Shown here: positions 46,553-55,840 of the stretch, one piece after another
Position numbering within the stretch: the stretch's first letter is position 1
Layout of the letters: every line of letters begins with the position of its first letter
From: Dehalococcoidia bacterium
Lineage (GTDB): Bacteria > Chloroflexota > Dehalococcoidia > UBA2979
Assembly (NCBI GenBank): GCA_965262725.1
Contig: OZ253555.1
Location: 2,368,001 to 2,432,000 of the forward strand
Length of the DNA stretch: 64,000 nt
Direction of reading: 5' to 3'
The notes under the pieces: generated by a model
What the model saw: only the letters and a program-made list of their open reading frames with translations
Databases searched by the model: none
Told to the model about the DNA's origin: nothing
Made by a program: the position numbers and the translations under genes

Positions 46553-46580
46553 CGGTGGAGGGTCGGGGAATCGAGCCCCG
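46553..46580 (-). other. Degenerate tmRNA/tRNA 3'-end-like sequence
   Basis: Minus strand CGGGG-CTCGATT-CCCCG-ACCCTCCACCG: 5-bp stem with a 7-nt T-loop-like loop and a CTCCACC end. Confidence 0.4.
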
Positions 46581-46630
46581 CAGGTGCGGGATCCACAGGC
46601 CAACGTGTGCACTAGCCAAGGCCCACAACG

Positions 46631-46665
46631 AAGCGGCCCCGCGGTGTGACGCTGCGGAGCCGCTT
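46631..46665. terminator. Stable hairpin, possible terminator
   Basis: AAGCGGC-C-CCGC...GCGG-A-GCCGCTT. Confidence 0.4.
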
Positions 46666-46770
46666 ACCGCAGCGGAACTGCCAATGCCGTACCACTCAGC
46701 GCAGCACGAATGCGACACCCGGCGCCACGAGGCCCGCGAGGCCCGCTGGTGGCGGTCGCGTTCCGTGCTC

Positions 46771-47202
46771 ATGGGGGGACCGCTCGCGGCGCTGGTGGTG
46801 CTCAGCGTCGTCATTGTCGCGTGCTCCGGCGAGGGAAACGTGTTCTCGCTGAAGGTGGGAGACTGCTTCAATCAGGGGAACGAGGAAGAGGTCGAGAACG
46901 TCGCACTCGTCGACTGCGACGAGCTGCACCAATACGAGGTATTCGCGGCTGCCGATGTCGAGGCGCCCAACGATGCGCAGTTCCCAGGGTCCGCCCAGCT
47001 CGAGTTCGTCGCGTTCAGCCTTTGCCTCGATTACTTCGACGAGTACGTGGGGGAAACCTACGAGAACTCGCTGCTCGACATTCAAACGCTGTCCCCCAGC
47101 CGGGACTCGTGGGAGGGCGCCGGCGATCGCGAGGTGGTCTGCACGCTCTTCGACCTCGAGGATCTGTACATGGAGGGGTCGATGAAGGGGAGCCGCCGGT
47201 AG
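46771..47202 (+). CDS. Septum-formation-domain lipoprotein
   Basis: Lipobox IVAC; LKVGDCFN, VDCDELHQYEV, PSRDSWE.GDREVVC. Confidence 0.8.
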   Translation: MGGPLAALVVLSVVIVACSGEGNVFSLKVGDCFNQGNEEEVENVALVDCDELHQYEVFAAADVEAPNDAQFPGSAQLEFVAFSLCLDYFDEYVGETYENSLLDIQTLSPSRDSWEGAGDREVVCTLFDLEDLYMEGSMKGSRR

Positions 47203-47903
47203 GCGCGTTGGCCAGCGCTGACAGCCGCTCAGCTCGTCACGGCTTCGTCGATACCGAGTTCCGCACAAGGAGCAAGCCCGCCGGACGCTTGGCTGTCGTG
47301 TCTGTAGCCCACTACAGCGCCGCCGCCTACTCGATGCTAGCTCGGCCTCCAGTGCTGGTGGACGCGCAGGCCGCCTCCCTTCCTCCGTGAGTCTGTCGCG
47401 GACTTGCGCGATCACGGACAGCGGGGACGTGGTCTGCTGGGAAGAAGCAGAGTACAGGACCACGATGTTCCTCTGATCACTGGCCCCACGGCGTTGGGCG
47501 TCGTGGAGCTCGACGAGACGCCGGTCGGTGGCGAGGCTACCCGGGTAGGGGACACGGTCACCGTCGCAGCGAGACTTGGATCGCCGGCGCCGATCTCGGC
47601 GAGGATCCGGCCGTCGTCTCTCGATCGGCGTCAATCGCGCCGTTGTGTTGCCGTCGTTACTCGCTGCTGCTCCGGGACGCGTTGCCGCCGGCGCCGCCGG
47701 GGGATGGCCATCTCGGCCGCCGACCCACCCGTCGGAGCTGGCCGCCGCGACGGCCTCGCCCGCGGCCATGGCGCCCACCGCCACCCCGCCCCGGCATCCG
47801 CGTGGTCTGCGCCGCGCCTGCACAAGCGTCCGGCCGGGTCCGGCCGGGTCCGGCCGGACAGATCGGACCTGCCCGGCCGGACCCCGTGACGGGAGCGAGG
47901 CTC

Positions 47904-48221
47904 CTAGATTCGCCAGGCCGGAGGCTGACCGTCGTTGAGGGCAACGAGCGCGTCGCGGATCGGCTGCGGCAGACTGGCCCAGGACGGCAACTCGTAGCCG
48001 TCGAACTCGGCGACGCGCGCCCACTCCTCCGGGGCGACCTCCTCCTCGATGATTTCGATCCCGTAGTTGTGCAACCCCCAGATCTGTGTGCGGCAACGGT
48101 AGGGGCCGGCCGCCTCGATGGCGGCGGCGACCTCGTCGGTGAAGTTGGGACCATCGCCGTCGTCGAAGCCGAACTTCGAAAACGCGTCGGTGATCTCCCA
48201 GCAGATGATCCGTCGTGGCAT
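47904..48221 (-). CDS. Small acidic hypothetical protein (105 aa)
   Basis: GGGAGA RBS; WEITDAFSKFGFDDGDG...WGLHNYGI; co-oriented downstream of ardC. Confidence 0.65.
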   Translation of the reverse strand: MPRRIICWEITDAFSKFGFDDGDGPNFTDEVAAAIEAAGPYRCRTQIWGLHNYGIEIIEEEVAPEEWARVAEFDGYELPSWASLPQPIRDALVALNDGQPPAWRI

Positions 48222-48343
48222 CAGGTTCTCCCTCTCTCTCAGTGCTGTCGTGTGTGGCGAGGCGGGACCGGGGCGGCGGTCCGGCGTGACCTCCGGCGGT
48301 GCGCACCAGGCGCCGCCCCGCCGTGTGCCCGGTCTCGACCGGG

Positions 48344-49324
48344 TCAGGCCTCCGCTTCCGGCGGCTCCGGCGTCTCGGGACTGCGCCGGAGGATGTGATC
48401 GGCGGCGCGTTGTCCCTGCGCGGCGGCGACCACGACCAGGCGTCGGTCGTCGTCGAGCACGCGCAGCCACGAGGCGATGTACGCAGCGGACTGCTCAACC
48501 CGGGAGGGGTCGATGCCGACCTCGCTCCCGAGGAAGGCGGCCGCGAACTCCGCCACGAGCTCCTCCTGCGAGTAGCGCTCGGAGCCGAAGCGGGCGGCCG
48601 TCCGGTAGCCCTCGCGCGCGAGGCGGCTCGGGTGCCCGGTGGAGTGGGCGAGCTCGTGGAAGAGCGTCGCGTAGTAGCCGTGCGCATCCGAGAAGGCTGC
48701 GCGCGGCGGCACGTGCACCTCGTCGTGCTCGGGGACGTAGTAGGCGCCTGCGGCGTCCCAGTGGAGCGTCGGTGGGTCCCGGTAGCCCGCGATCACCGCC
48801 TCCGCGCGTTCCAGCGGATCCGGGCAGCCGCCGTCCACCCGTGCGGGCAGCGTCACGCCCTCGCACTGGTCGACGTTGAAGACGGAGTAGAGGCGGATGA
48901 GCGGGAAGCGCTCGACGCGCTCGGGATCCTCCCGATCCCTCCGCTCGAGCCACTTCCAGAGCACGACCCGGGTGCCGTGCTCGCCGCGGCGGACGTGCCC
49001 GCCCGCGGCTTCGGCCTGGCGGTAGGTGAGCCAGCGCGGGTCGCTCCAGCCCCGCTCGAGCGCGGTCATCTGGAGGACGAGCGTGTTGATGCCGCGGTAG
49101 GGGCGGTTGGAGCGGGCGTTGCGATGCCCGCGTGCGCGCCACGGCGTGCGCCACGGCACGGTGCCGCGCTCAAGCGCGGCCATGATGCGGCCGGTGATCT
49201 CCTGGTAGGGGTCGGTCCGGCCGCCCGGCTGTCTACGCCGCACCGGGGTCGTCCCCGCGAGGGCGCGGCTCGAGACGCTCGTAGAGCGTGAGACGGATCG
49301 CCCGCGCCTGGGGGCGATCGGCAT
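48344..49324 (-). CDS. ardC: ArdC-family ssDNA-binding antirestriction protein with zincin-like domain
   Basis: VPWRTPW, YRGIN, WLTYRQA..GGHVRRGE, VFNVDQ, YYATLFHELAHSTGH..RLAR, YSQEELVAE. Start uncertain. Confidence 0.92.
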   Translation of the reverse strand: MPIAPRRGRSVSRSTSVSSRALAGTTPVRRRQPGGRTDPYQEITGRIMAALERGTVPWRTPWRARGHRNARSNRPYRGINTLVLQMTALERGWSDPRWLTYRQAEAAGGHVRRGEHGTRVVLWKWLERRDREDPERVERFPLIRLYSVFNVDQCEGVTLPARVDGGCPDPLERAEAVIAGYRDPPTLHWDAAGAYYVPEHDEVHVPPRAAFSDAHGYYATLFHELAHSTGHPSRLAREGYRTAARFGSERYSQEELVAEFAAAFLGSEVGIDPSRVEQSAAYIASWLRVLDDDRRLVVVAAAQGQRAADHILRRSPETPEPPEAEA

Positions 49325-49442
49325 CGACGGCCTGGATGAGGCAGGCCCGGAAGCCCGGGATCGGGCATTCGGGCAGCGGGATCCGGGCGACGTCGTAGCG
49401 TCCGTGGCGCGTCTCGATGACGCGGCTGGGGCGGTAGGCCAT
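49233..49442 (-). CDS. Small hypothetical protein (69 aa)
   Basis: ATG 5 bp after the Rad52 stop; fills the operon gap. Confidence 0.4.
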   Translation of the reverse strand: MAYRPSRVIETRHGRYDVARIPLPECPIPGFRACLIQAVDADRPQARAIRLTLYERLEPRPRGDDPGAA

Positions 49443-49447
49443 CTGCG

Positions 49448-50122
49448 TCAGGCCGCCCGGGCCCCGTTGCGGCGGTGGAGTCCGCGCGAGAGCGCGTCCA
49501 CGCAGGCGAGGAGCGACGGCGCGTCGAGCTCTGCGAGCGGGCGCCCGTAGCGCTGCTCGACCCAGGCGCGCGTGCGCGCCTCGTCGGCGCCTGCTCCGGC
49601 CGCGATCTCCAGCACCCGGCGGCGAAGTTCGCCGGGCGCGGCCCCGGCTCCGACCGGGGATGCGCCGCCCGGCACGGCGCCGAGCCCGTTGCCGAAGCGC
49701 GCCCCGAAGTGCCGGAGCGCGCGCTTCAGCCCGTCGGTGACGGCGGCCTTGGAGGCGGCCGCGTGTTCCTGTGCCGTCTGGTTCCGGGCGGCGGCCGTGC
49801 CCACGTCGCTGTGAGGCGGGCAGTCCCTGACGGTGACCCGGACGGTCGCCGTGTAGATGCCGGCAGGAGCGTTGCCGCCGCTGCCTCCCGCGGGCAGCAG
49901 CCGGTAGGCGACCTCGCCCACCACTTCAGCACCCCAGCCGTCGTGTCCGAAGACCGCGTTGGCCTGCTCGATGGCCCGCCAGCCCTCGAGGTAGCGGAGT
50001 ATCTCTCCCTCCTCGGTGATGCGCTCCGACACGAGTTCCGGGTCGAGCGGTCGTGCGAGCTGCTCGAGCGCGGCCCGGCTCAGGCGGCGCGTGCGCGCCG
50101 CTCGCCGTCTGACTTCAGCCAT
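49448..50122 (-). CDS. Rad52/Rad22 (Sak-like) single-strand annealing protein
   Basis: LRYLEGWRAIEQANAVFGHDGW, HSDVG, KAAVTDGLKRALRHFG.RFGNGL; AAGGA RBS. Confidence 0.9.
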   Translation of the reverse strand: MAEVRRRAARTRRLSRAALEQLARPLDPELVSERITEEGEILRYLEGWRAIEQANAVFGHDGWGAEVVGEVAYRLLPAGGSGGNAPAGIYTATVRVTVRDCPPHSDVGTAAARNQTAQEHAAASKAAVTDGLKRALRHFGARFGNGLGAVPGGASPVGAGAAPGELRRRVLEIAAGAGADEARTRAWVEQRYGRPLAELDAPSLLACVDALSRGLHRRNGARAA

Positions 50123-51168
50123 GATTCCTTCTCTCTTTCGCGTGCTTCGTGGAGCGAACGCAGGAACGCCGCGCGTCCATCGCGGCGCCGTCCCAGTTCG
50201 CTGATGTCGTGCGCCCCACCGGGGAGCGGCACGACGATCGCCCTCGTCTTGAGTGCGGAGACGAGGCGGTCGGCGGCCAGTCGACCGGGGTCGTCGGCGT
50301 CGAGCGCGAGGTAGACGCGCCCGAGGGAGCGGAGGGCGTCGAGCGCCTCCCGCGAGACGTGAGTGCCGAGCAGGGCGACAGCCGGCAGCCGCCACGCGCA
50401 GAGGGTCAGCCAGTCGAAGGGACCCTCGGTCACCACGACGGCTGAGGCCTGTGCCCGGCGTACCTGCGCGAGGCCGAGCAGCGGCGACGGCAGGCGCAGG
50501 TTGAGGTAGCGGGGCTCCCGGCCATCAAGTGACCGCGCGGTGAGCCAGGTCGCGAGACCCCGAGCGTCGAGGTCCGGAACGACGATGCGGCCTGAGAGCG
50601 TGTCGCGATCGCCGGTCAGGAGGCCCAGCCCGCGGGCCGTCTCGAGCCCGAGCCTCGAGCGCTCCAGGTGACGCGCGAGCCCACTGCCCGCGAAGCCGAT
50701 GCGCAGCCCGGCAGCGACGCCGTCGTCGATCCCGCGGCCGTGGAGGTACGAGCGAGCCTCGCGGCTGCGCCCGCACTGCCCGGCGTAGAGGGAGGCGGCG
50801 GCCTCGATGACCGCCGCCTCCTCCGCGGCCACCGCCCGGATGGGTCGCCGAGGCGGGGACTGCGGGGCGGCGGCGGGCGGTGGGCGCCCTCCACCGGCTC
50901 TGCCCGCAAGCAGCGCGGCCGTCTCCCGGAACGCGGTTCCGTGCAGCCGGCCGATGAAGTCGAACACGTCGCCGCCCGCGTCGCAGCCGAAGCAGAAGTA
51001 GCTGCTCGTCTCCTCGTAGACCACGAGGCTCGGGGTGCGGTCCTCGTGGAACGGGCAGAGCCCGACCAGGCGGCGGCCCGAGCGCCGGAGCTCGACTCCG
51101 GAGCCCGATACCGCGTGCGCGATCGGGTGTGCCGCCCGTATCGCCTCGATGTCGAAGAGCTCAGCCAC
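50080..51168 (-). CDS. DnaG-like primase (CHC2 zinc finger plus TOPRIM)
   Basis: GLCPFHEDRTPS..YFCFGC..GGDVFDF, YLN, VTEGPFD, LALDADDPG. GTG start overlaps the upstream gene. Confidence 0.9.
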   Translation of the reverse strand: MAELFDIEAIRAAHPIAHAVSGSGVELRRSGRRLVGLCPFHEDRTPSLVVYEETSSYFCFGCDAGGDVFDFIGRLHGTAFRETAALLAGRAGGGRPPPAAAPQSPPRRPIRAVAAEEAAVIEAAASLYAGQCGRSREARSYLHGRGIDDGVAAGLRIGFAGSGLARHLERSRLGLETARGLGLLTGDRDTLSGRIVVPDLDARGLATWLTARSLDGREPRYLNLRLPSPLLGLAQVRRAQASAVVVTEGPFDWLTLCAWRLPAVALLGTHVSREALDALRSLGRVYLALDADDPGRLAADRLVSALKTRAIVVPLPGGAHDISELGRRRDGRAAFLRSLHEAREREKESWLKSDGERRARAA

Positions 51169-51463
51169 CGCGCGTGAGCTCGAGCAGGCGCCGCCAGAAG
51201 CAGACCTCCTCGAGCGTGAGCCTCTCGTCGGCACCCCAGCCGCCCGGCAGATGCCGCCCGAGCAGCACCCCCGGCGGGTCGCCGGACTCCCAGTAGCGGA
51301 GATGGAGCTCCGCCTCGCTGCCGCACTCGCCCAGCCGGGCGAGCAGTGCCGAGACGGCGGGCCTCGCCGCCTCGCGTCGCTCCTCGGGCCAGCCGAGGTA
51401 CTGCTCGTAGCTGCGCTCCCAGACGGCTCGCACCGCCAGCCGGAAGCGACTCTCCTTCTGCAT
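51161..51463 (-). CDS. Hypothetical protein (100 aa)
   Basis: GAAGGA RBS; overlaps the primase start. Confidence 0.65.
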   Translation of the reverse strand: MQKESRFRLAVRAVWERSYEQYLGWPEERREAARPAVSALLARLGECGSEAELHLRYWESGDPPGVLLGRHLPGGWGADERLTLEEVCFWRRLLELTRGG

Positions 51464-51558
51464 GTCGCACGTCCTTCCTCGGACACTCGCTGGACACACG
51501 CCGATCGCTTCGCGCCCGCGGGCGGGCGCACGCCATCCCACGGGTGGGCATGACGAAG

Positions 51559-51584
51559 TCGGGGCCGCCCGAAGGCGGCCCCGA
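51559..51584 (-). terminator. 11-bp stem hairpin with UUCG loop on the minus strand
   Basis: TCGGGGCCGCC-CGAA-GGCGGCCCCGA between 51617-52603 and the primase operon. Confidence 0.65.
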
Positions 51585-51616
51585 AAATGACGGCGGTGCC
51601 GGTGATGGAGAGGGGG

Positions 51617-52603
51617 TCAGGCGAGCGGGCGAGCACCCCTGAGCGCCTGCGGGGCGAAGCGGCGGCCGCGCTCCCAGCGCCTGAGGCCGAGCGCCGAGAC
51701 GACCTCCCAGCCGCCGTCCGCGGTGGGGATCAGCACGGCCCCCCGGCCGAAGCCGGCGCGGTAGTGGATCGCCGCCAGCAGGTCCAGGCGGCGGCAGGCG
51801 GTGAGCCAGCAGCCGTAGAGGTGGCGTGCCAGCTCGTCCGGCAGCCCGTCCAGGTCGGTAGCTTCCAGCAACTCGATCGCGCGGACCGGCTCACGCCGGT
51901 GCACACGCCGCGCCTCGCGGAGCGCCGCCTCCGCGGCCCTCGTCTTGACTGCCTGCTCGCGCCGCCGTAGCGTTGCGAACGTACGTTCGAGGTCCGGTGC
52001 GCTGCTGATCTTCTTGTGCAGGGAATCCAGCAGCCGCCGGGCCTCACTAATCCTTCCGCCGTCCAGGTGGTCCCCGGCCAGCTCCAGCTCGCCCTGCATC
52101 CGCACCTCCTCTTCATGCGCCTGCTCCTCCGCCAGCAGCCGGGCGATGCCCTCGCGCTCGGCGAGCGCCGCGGCCTCGCGTTCCAGCACGGCGGCGTGCG
52201 CCTCCGCCTGGTTCACGAGCCGGCCCGCCTCCGCCGCCACGCTCTCGGCCCGCCGCCGGGCCGCGGGCTCGAAGGCCGACTGAGCGAGCACGCCGGCACG
52301 GCCCGCGGCCTCACCCAGCTCCGAGGCGATCTCTCGCAGGCGAGCGGCTTCGCCCTGGACCGCCCGCAGGCGGCCGAGACCCTGCTCCGCCTCGAGGCGG
52401 CGCTCGCCGTCACGCGCGAGCAACTCCTGCAGCTCATCCAGCGCCCGCCGCGCCGCCTGCGCGACCGCCTCGATCTCCTCCGGACCGGTGTTCCGGATCA
52501 CGGGCACGAGCGCCCGTGCCTCGGGGACCGGCCCCACCTCCGCGAACAGCCCGCGGACTCCTGCCAGCTCACCCAGACTCGTGAGCACCACTTGCTGCGT
52601 CAC
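51617..52603 (-). CDS. Coiled-coil hypothetical protein
   Basis: Ala/Glu/Arg-rich helical N-part, globular C-terminus, purine-rich RBS. Confidence 0.7.
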   Translation of the reverse strand: MTQQVVLTSLGELAGVRGLFAEVGPVPEARALVPVIRNTGPEEIEAVAQAARRALDELQELLARDGERRLEAEQGLGRLRAVQGEAARLREIASELGEAAGRAGVLAQSAFEPAARRRAESVAAEAGRLVNQAEAHAAVLEREAAALAEREGIARLLAEEQAHEEEVRMQGELELAGDHLDGGRISEARRLLDSLHKKISSAPDLERTFATLRRREQAVKTRAAEAALREARRVHRREPVRAIELLEATDLDGLPDELARHLYGCWLTACRRLDLLAAIHYRAGFGRGAVLIPTADGGWEVVSALGLRRWERGRRFAPQALRGARPLA

Positions 52604-52612
52604 CTTCCATCC

Positions 52613-53212
52613 CTACCTTTCCTCCGCAGCGGCGAATGCGCCGTTGCGGCCCTCGAGCGCCTCCAGGGGCGATCGTTCCTTCTCGAATGGCCCGACCCAT
52701 GGGCCCTGCTCGGCCGGCGTCGGCTCCGACTCGGGCCGAACCGCCGCCAGCTCCTGCGGCGTGCTCAGCAGCGTCCCGAGCTGTGGGGCGACGACTCGCT
52801 GGAGCTGCTGCCTGAGCGTCGCCACCAGCTCCTCGTCGTCCACCTCCCGCTCGCCTGCCGTCAGCGCGAGGAACAGCACGTGCCGCCGTCGGCCCCCTGC
52901 GTCCTCGAACACCTGCAGCAGCGACTCCGTTGGACGCTCCTCGAGCACGACCGTGCGCTGCACCACCACGAGCAGGTGCCCGGGCGGCGCCACGCCGAGT
53001 CCTCGGAGGTGACCCTGCGTCACGCGCGTGATCGCCCGGCGCAGGAGCCGCCCGTGTCTTCCTTCCACGTCTGCCTCGACCGTCGGGCGCCACGGCCGCT
53101 TGCGTGCGGCACACGCGCGCCGCATCGCCCTGAACCGCCCGGCACACCAGCTCCGCATGCGGACCACCGGCCCCGCGGCCCGGCGGCTCCGCCTCTTCTT
53201 CCTGCCTGCCAT
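52613..53212 (-). CDS. Hypothetical protein with basic N-terminus
   Basis: GGGAG RBS; MAGRKKRRSRR...HLLVVVQRTV...HVLFLAL; 9 bp from the next gene. Confidence 0.6.
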   Translation of the reverse strand: MAGRKKRRSRRAAGPVVRMRSWCAGRFRAMRRACAARKRPWRPTVEADVEGRHGRLLRRAITRVTQGHLRGLGVAPPGHLLVVVQRTVVLEERPTESLLQVFEDAGGRRRHVLFLALTAGEREVDDEELVATLRQQLQRVVAPQLGTLLSTPQELAAVRPESEPTPAEQGPWVGPFEKERSPLEALEGRNGAFAAAEER

Positions 53213-53741
53213 CCGACTCTCCCTTCCTGTTGCTCCGTCCCGACTCATCGCGGCGGGCCGGTCCTGCACTCGATCGCCCTCTTCTCCCCGGCACAGAAAA
53301 ACCCCGTGGCACGGGTGCCGTACGGGGCCGCTTCGTCGCCGACACCCGACCCGTGGCACGCGCGCGGCGATGCCGCACCTCGCCTCTACGGGGCTCGGGT
53401 CTCAGCTGTCGCTCCTGGTCGCCTCTACGCGAATCGGCGTGGGCCGGCTCGCTTCATTCGTCTTCCTCGGTTGTCCTCCTCTGCCTCCCGAACCTCACGG
53501 TCCGACGCGTGGTTGCCTTCCTTGCTGTTCGTGCACCTCCTCTACCGTGTCTCGTCTCTGGGTTGCCCTGTCTGCTCGATTCGACGCCTGCCGCGGAGAG
53601 CGTTGCTCGTTGCCTCGGGTGAGGGTGATCCGTGCCGGTGTCCCGGTTGAGCGATCCGTGCCGGTTTCTCTGCTCCCTGGAGTTGGCGATACCGGCGAAA
53701 CGCACTGCTGACGGGGGGAAGGCTACGCCCGGGCGTTCACA

Positions 53742-53790
53742 GAAAGTTCCGGCTGCGTTCCATGAGAGTTCCGAAAGTTCCGGGATTCTT
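53742..53790. repeat. Cluster of GA(A/G)AGTTCC repeats in a non-coding region
   Basis: GAAAGTTCC, GAGAGTTCC and GAAAGTTCC within ~40 bp, plus further (G)TTCC units. Confidence 0.5.
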
Positions 53791-54865
53791 CCGATTTCGT
53801 TCCTTTCCCACCGCGCGGGGGCGATTGGCGCCGCCGGCCCGTCCCGACAGGCTCCCCGACTCCCGGACTGCGGGAATGACTCAGAACGATTGGCACGGTG
53901 GCAGCCGCATGGCCGCGAACGCGGCTCGATCCCGGCCCAGCTGGATCGCGCGAGCGATCAGCCGCGTTCCGACGGCCCGCTACCTCATCAAGGCATGGAT
54001 TGAACCCAACCACGCGACTGGCGGCACCTCCCCCGGAGCCGTCGCTTGCGGCCGAGCCCGGCCGATCCGGGCCATGTGGATCTGCTCAGGCGCCCGCGCT
54101 CGGGCCAGCCGCAGGCCGCCGGTCTCGCCCGGCCGAGCGACTCAGCCCTCGGGCCGCAGGAACGCCGTGTGAACAAATTCGGAACGAATTAGGAGCGGAT
54201 ATTTGTATTCTGTTTTCTTGAACGGGGTGTGCAGGTCACGTTCTGGCTCGCTCACGGACCATCCGCGCATCCCCACAGCGAGGAGCACCTCCGGCAAGTC
54301 GGCTCTCTCCGCAGCAGTGATGATCTTCGCCTCAGCAGACATGCGGCCTCTTGTGAATTCACGGGTGCAGCACGAGTTCGCCGCCTGAGTTGGTACCGGT
54401 CGGTCGCATGGCGACTCCCGGTCACGGGCAGGCACGCTCGGCAGAGTGCCCTTCTCGAAGCGCCCACGGACGAGATGTCGGGAGCGGCGGCGACCCTCGT
54501 CCTGCTGCGCGAGCGCATCCAAGGCGTGTCGGAACTGCTGGCCGAGCAGCGCCGCCCACCGAAGGCTCCGCAGGGGTGCACGACGCCGGCCTGATCCCCC
54601 GAACGGGGACCCGTGCGCGCGGTGCACTCCATCCTCGTCGCCCAGGCCGCCGCCGGCAGCACCTGCCGGCACGGCTCCACCGAAGGCCCGGATCGACGTG
54701 GGTGCCCGGAGACGCACAGAGGTGCCTCGCTGACTCTGGGATAATGATGTCTGACGGCCTTCCGCCCCTGACGCCGCTGACCGCCAGGAGCGGCGATCCG
54801 TCGGCCACACCGGGTCGGGAGCACCGCAGTACCGCACACCGGGATATATGGAGAGGGAGGATGGG

Positions 54866-55123
54866 ATGCCCACATTCACGAAGATGGACCCTGCTGATGT
54901 CGCCGTCGGCCGCGGGCGCGCCGCCGCGGAGATGCGGAAGCCGTACATCGAGGCGCTGAACGCGGGCGACGCGGGGAGCGTGGAGCTTGAGCGCGGCGAG
55001 AAGCCGGCGACCGTGAAGCGGCTGCTTCAGGAAGCGGCACGTCAGGCGAACGTCCGCATCCGCTGCTCGTGGGCGGACAGCCAGCAGCGCATGCTGGTGT
55101 GGAAGAAGGTTGGCACGCGCTGA
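54866..55123 (+). CDS. Small basic hypothetical protein (85 aa), possibly DNA-binding
   Basis: GGAGG RBS; ELERGEKPATVKRLLQEAARQ. Confidence 0.7.
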   Translation: MPTFTKMDPADVAVGRGRAAAEMRKPYIEALNAGDAGSVELERGEKPATVKRLLQEAARQANVRIRCSWADSQQRMLVWKKVGTR

Positions 55124-55499
55124 CGCGGCGCGCGCGGCACCGGAGGGGCTCCAGCGGATCCCGCCTCGCGGTCGGGACTCCGCCCCGACCTTGCCGCGCG
55201 GGGACGTTACGTACATTCCTCTTCACGGCGCTCGCCGGCACGATCGTCCGACGCCGTTGATCCAGGCCTATGCCCGGCCCAGTGGAGCGCGTGCAAGCGC
55301 GCTCGATGACTCGCGACCTGACGCCCCCCGGTGCGGCGCGCGCCGCTTCAGCACTTGGCGGGTCGGGGACGGTGCCGGGTGCGTTGCTCCGGCGGCCCAC
55401 CGATCGTGCGGGCGGGGCACCGAAGGGATCGTGTTTCTGAGTGCCGCCCACGAAGAAGATGGCGACCGCCCGGGAGGACGAGAACGGGGAGGCCGGAGG

Positions 55500-55703
55500 A
55501 TGACCGGGGCCTTCTTCGTCAACGAGGACAAGCCGACCGGCTCGGCGACGGTCCACCAGGCGGGGGGCCCCTGCCGTGTCCCCCAGCGGAAGCGGGCACG
55601 AGATGGGCAATGGCACGGCCCGTTTCGACTCAAGGAGGGGGCCCTGCGAGTTGCCCGTGACGTCGGCCGCGACGTCTACGAATGCCAGCGCTGTAACCCC
55701 TGA
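55500..55703 (+). CDS. Small putative Zn-binding protein (67 aa)
   Basis: GGAGG RBS; H-x5-C ... WHGPF ... CQRCNP. Confidence 0.6.
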   Translation: MTGAFFVNEDKPTGSATVHQAGGPCRVPQRKRARDGQWHGPFRLKEGALRVARDVGRDVYECQRCNP

Positions 55704-55840
55704 GGCCGCGTCCGCCGTCCTCCCGTGGGCGCGCCCGGGCGGGGTGCTCGGCTGCACATGGCGATTCGTCGTTCCCGCGGTTGCGTCCGTTGCTCTCGAC
55801 GCGACACGTCCGGTGGCAGGCAGACACGAGGACTGGCGGG

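Noticed and set aside
47395-47450. TCAITDSGDVVCW, a single RCC1-like unit
   Set aside because: Too short and isolated to call a gene; at most a scrap of a lost repeat protein.
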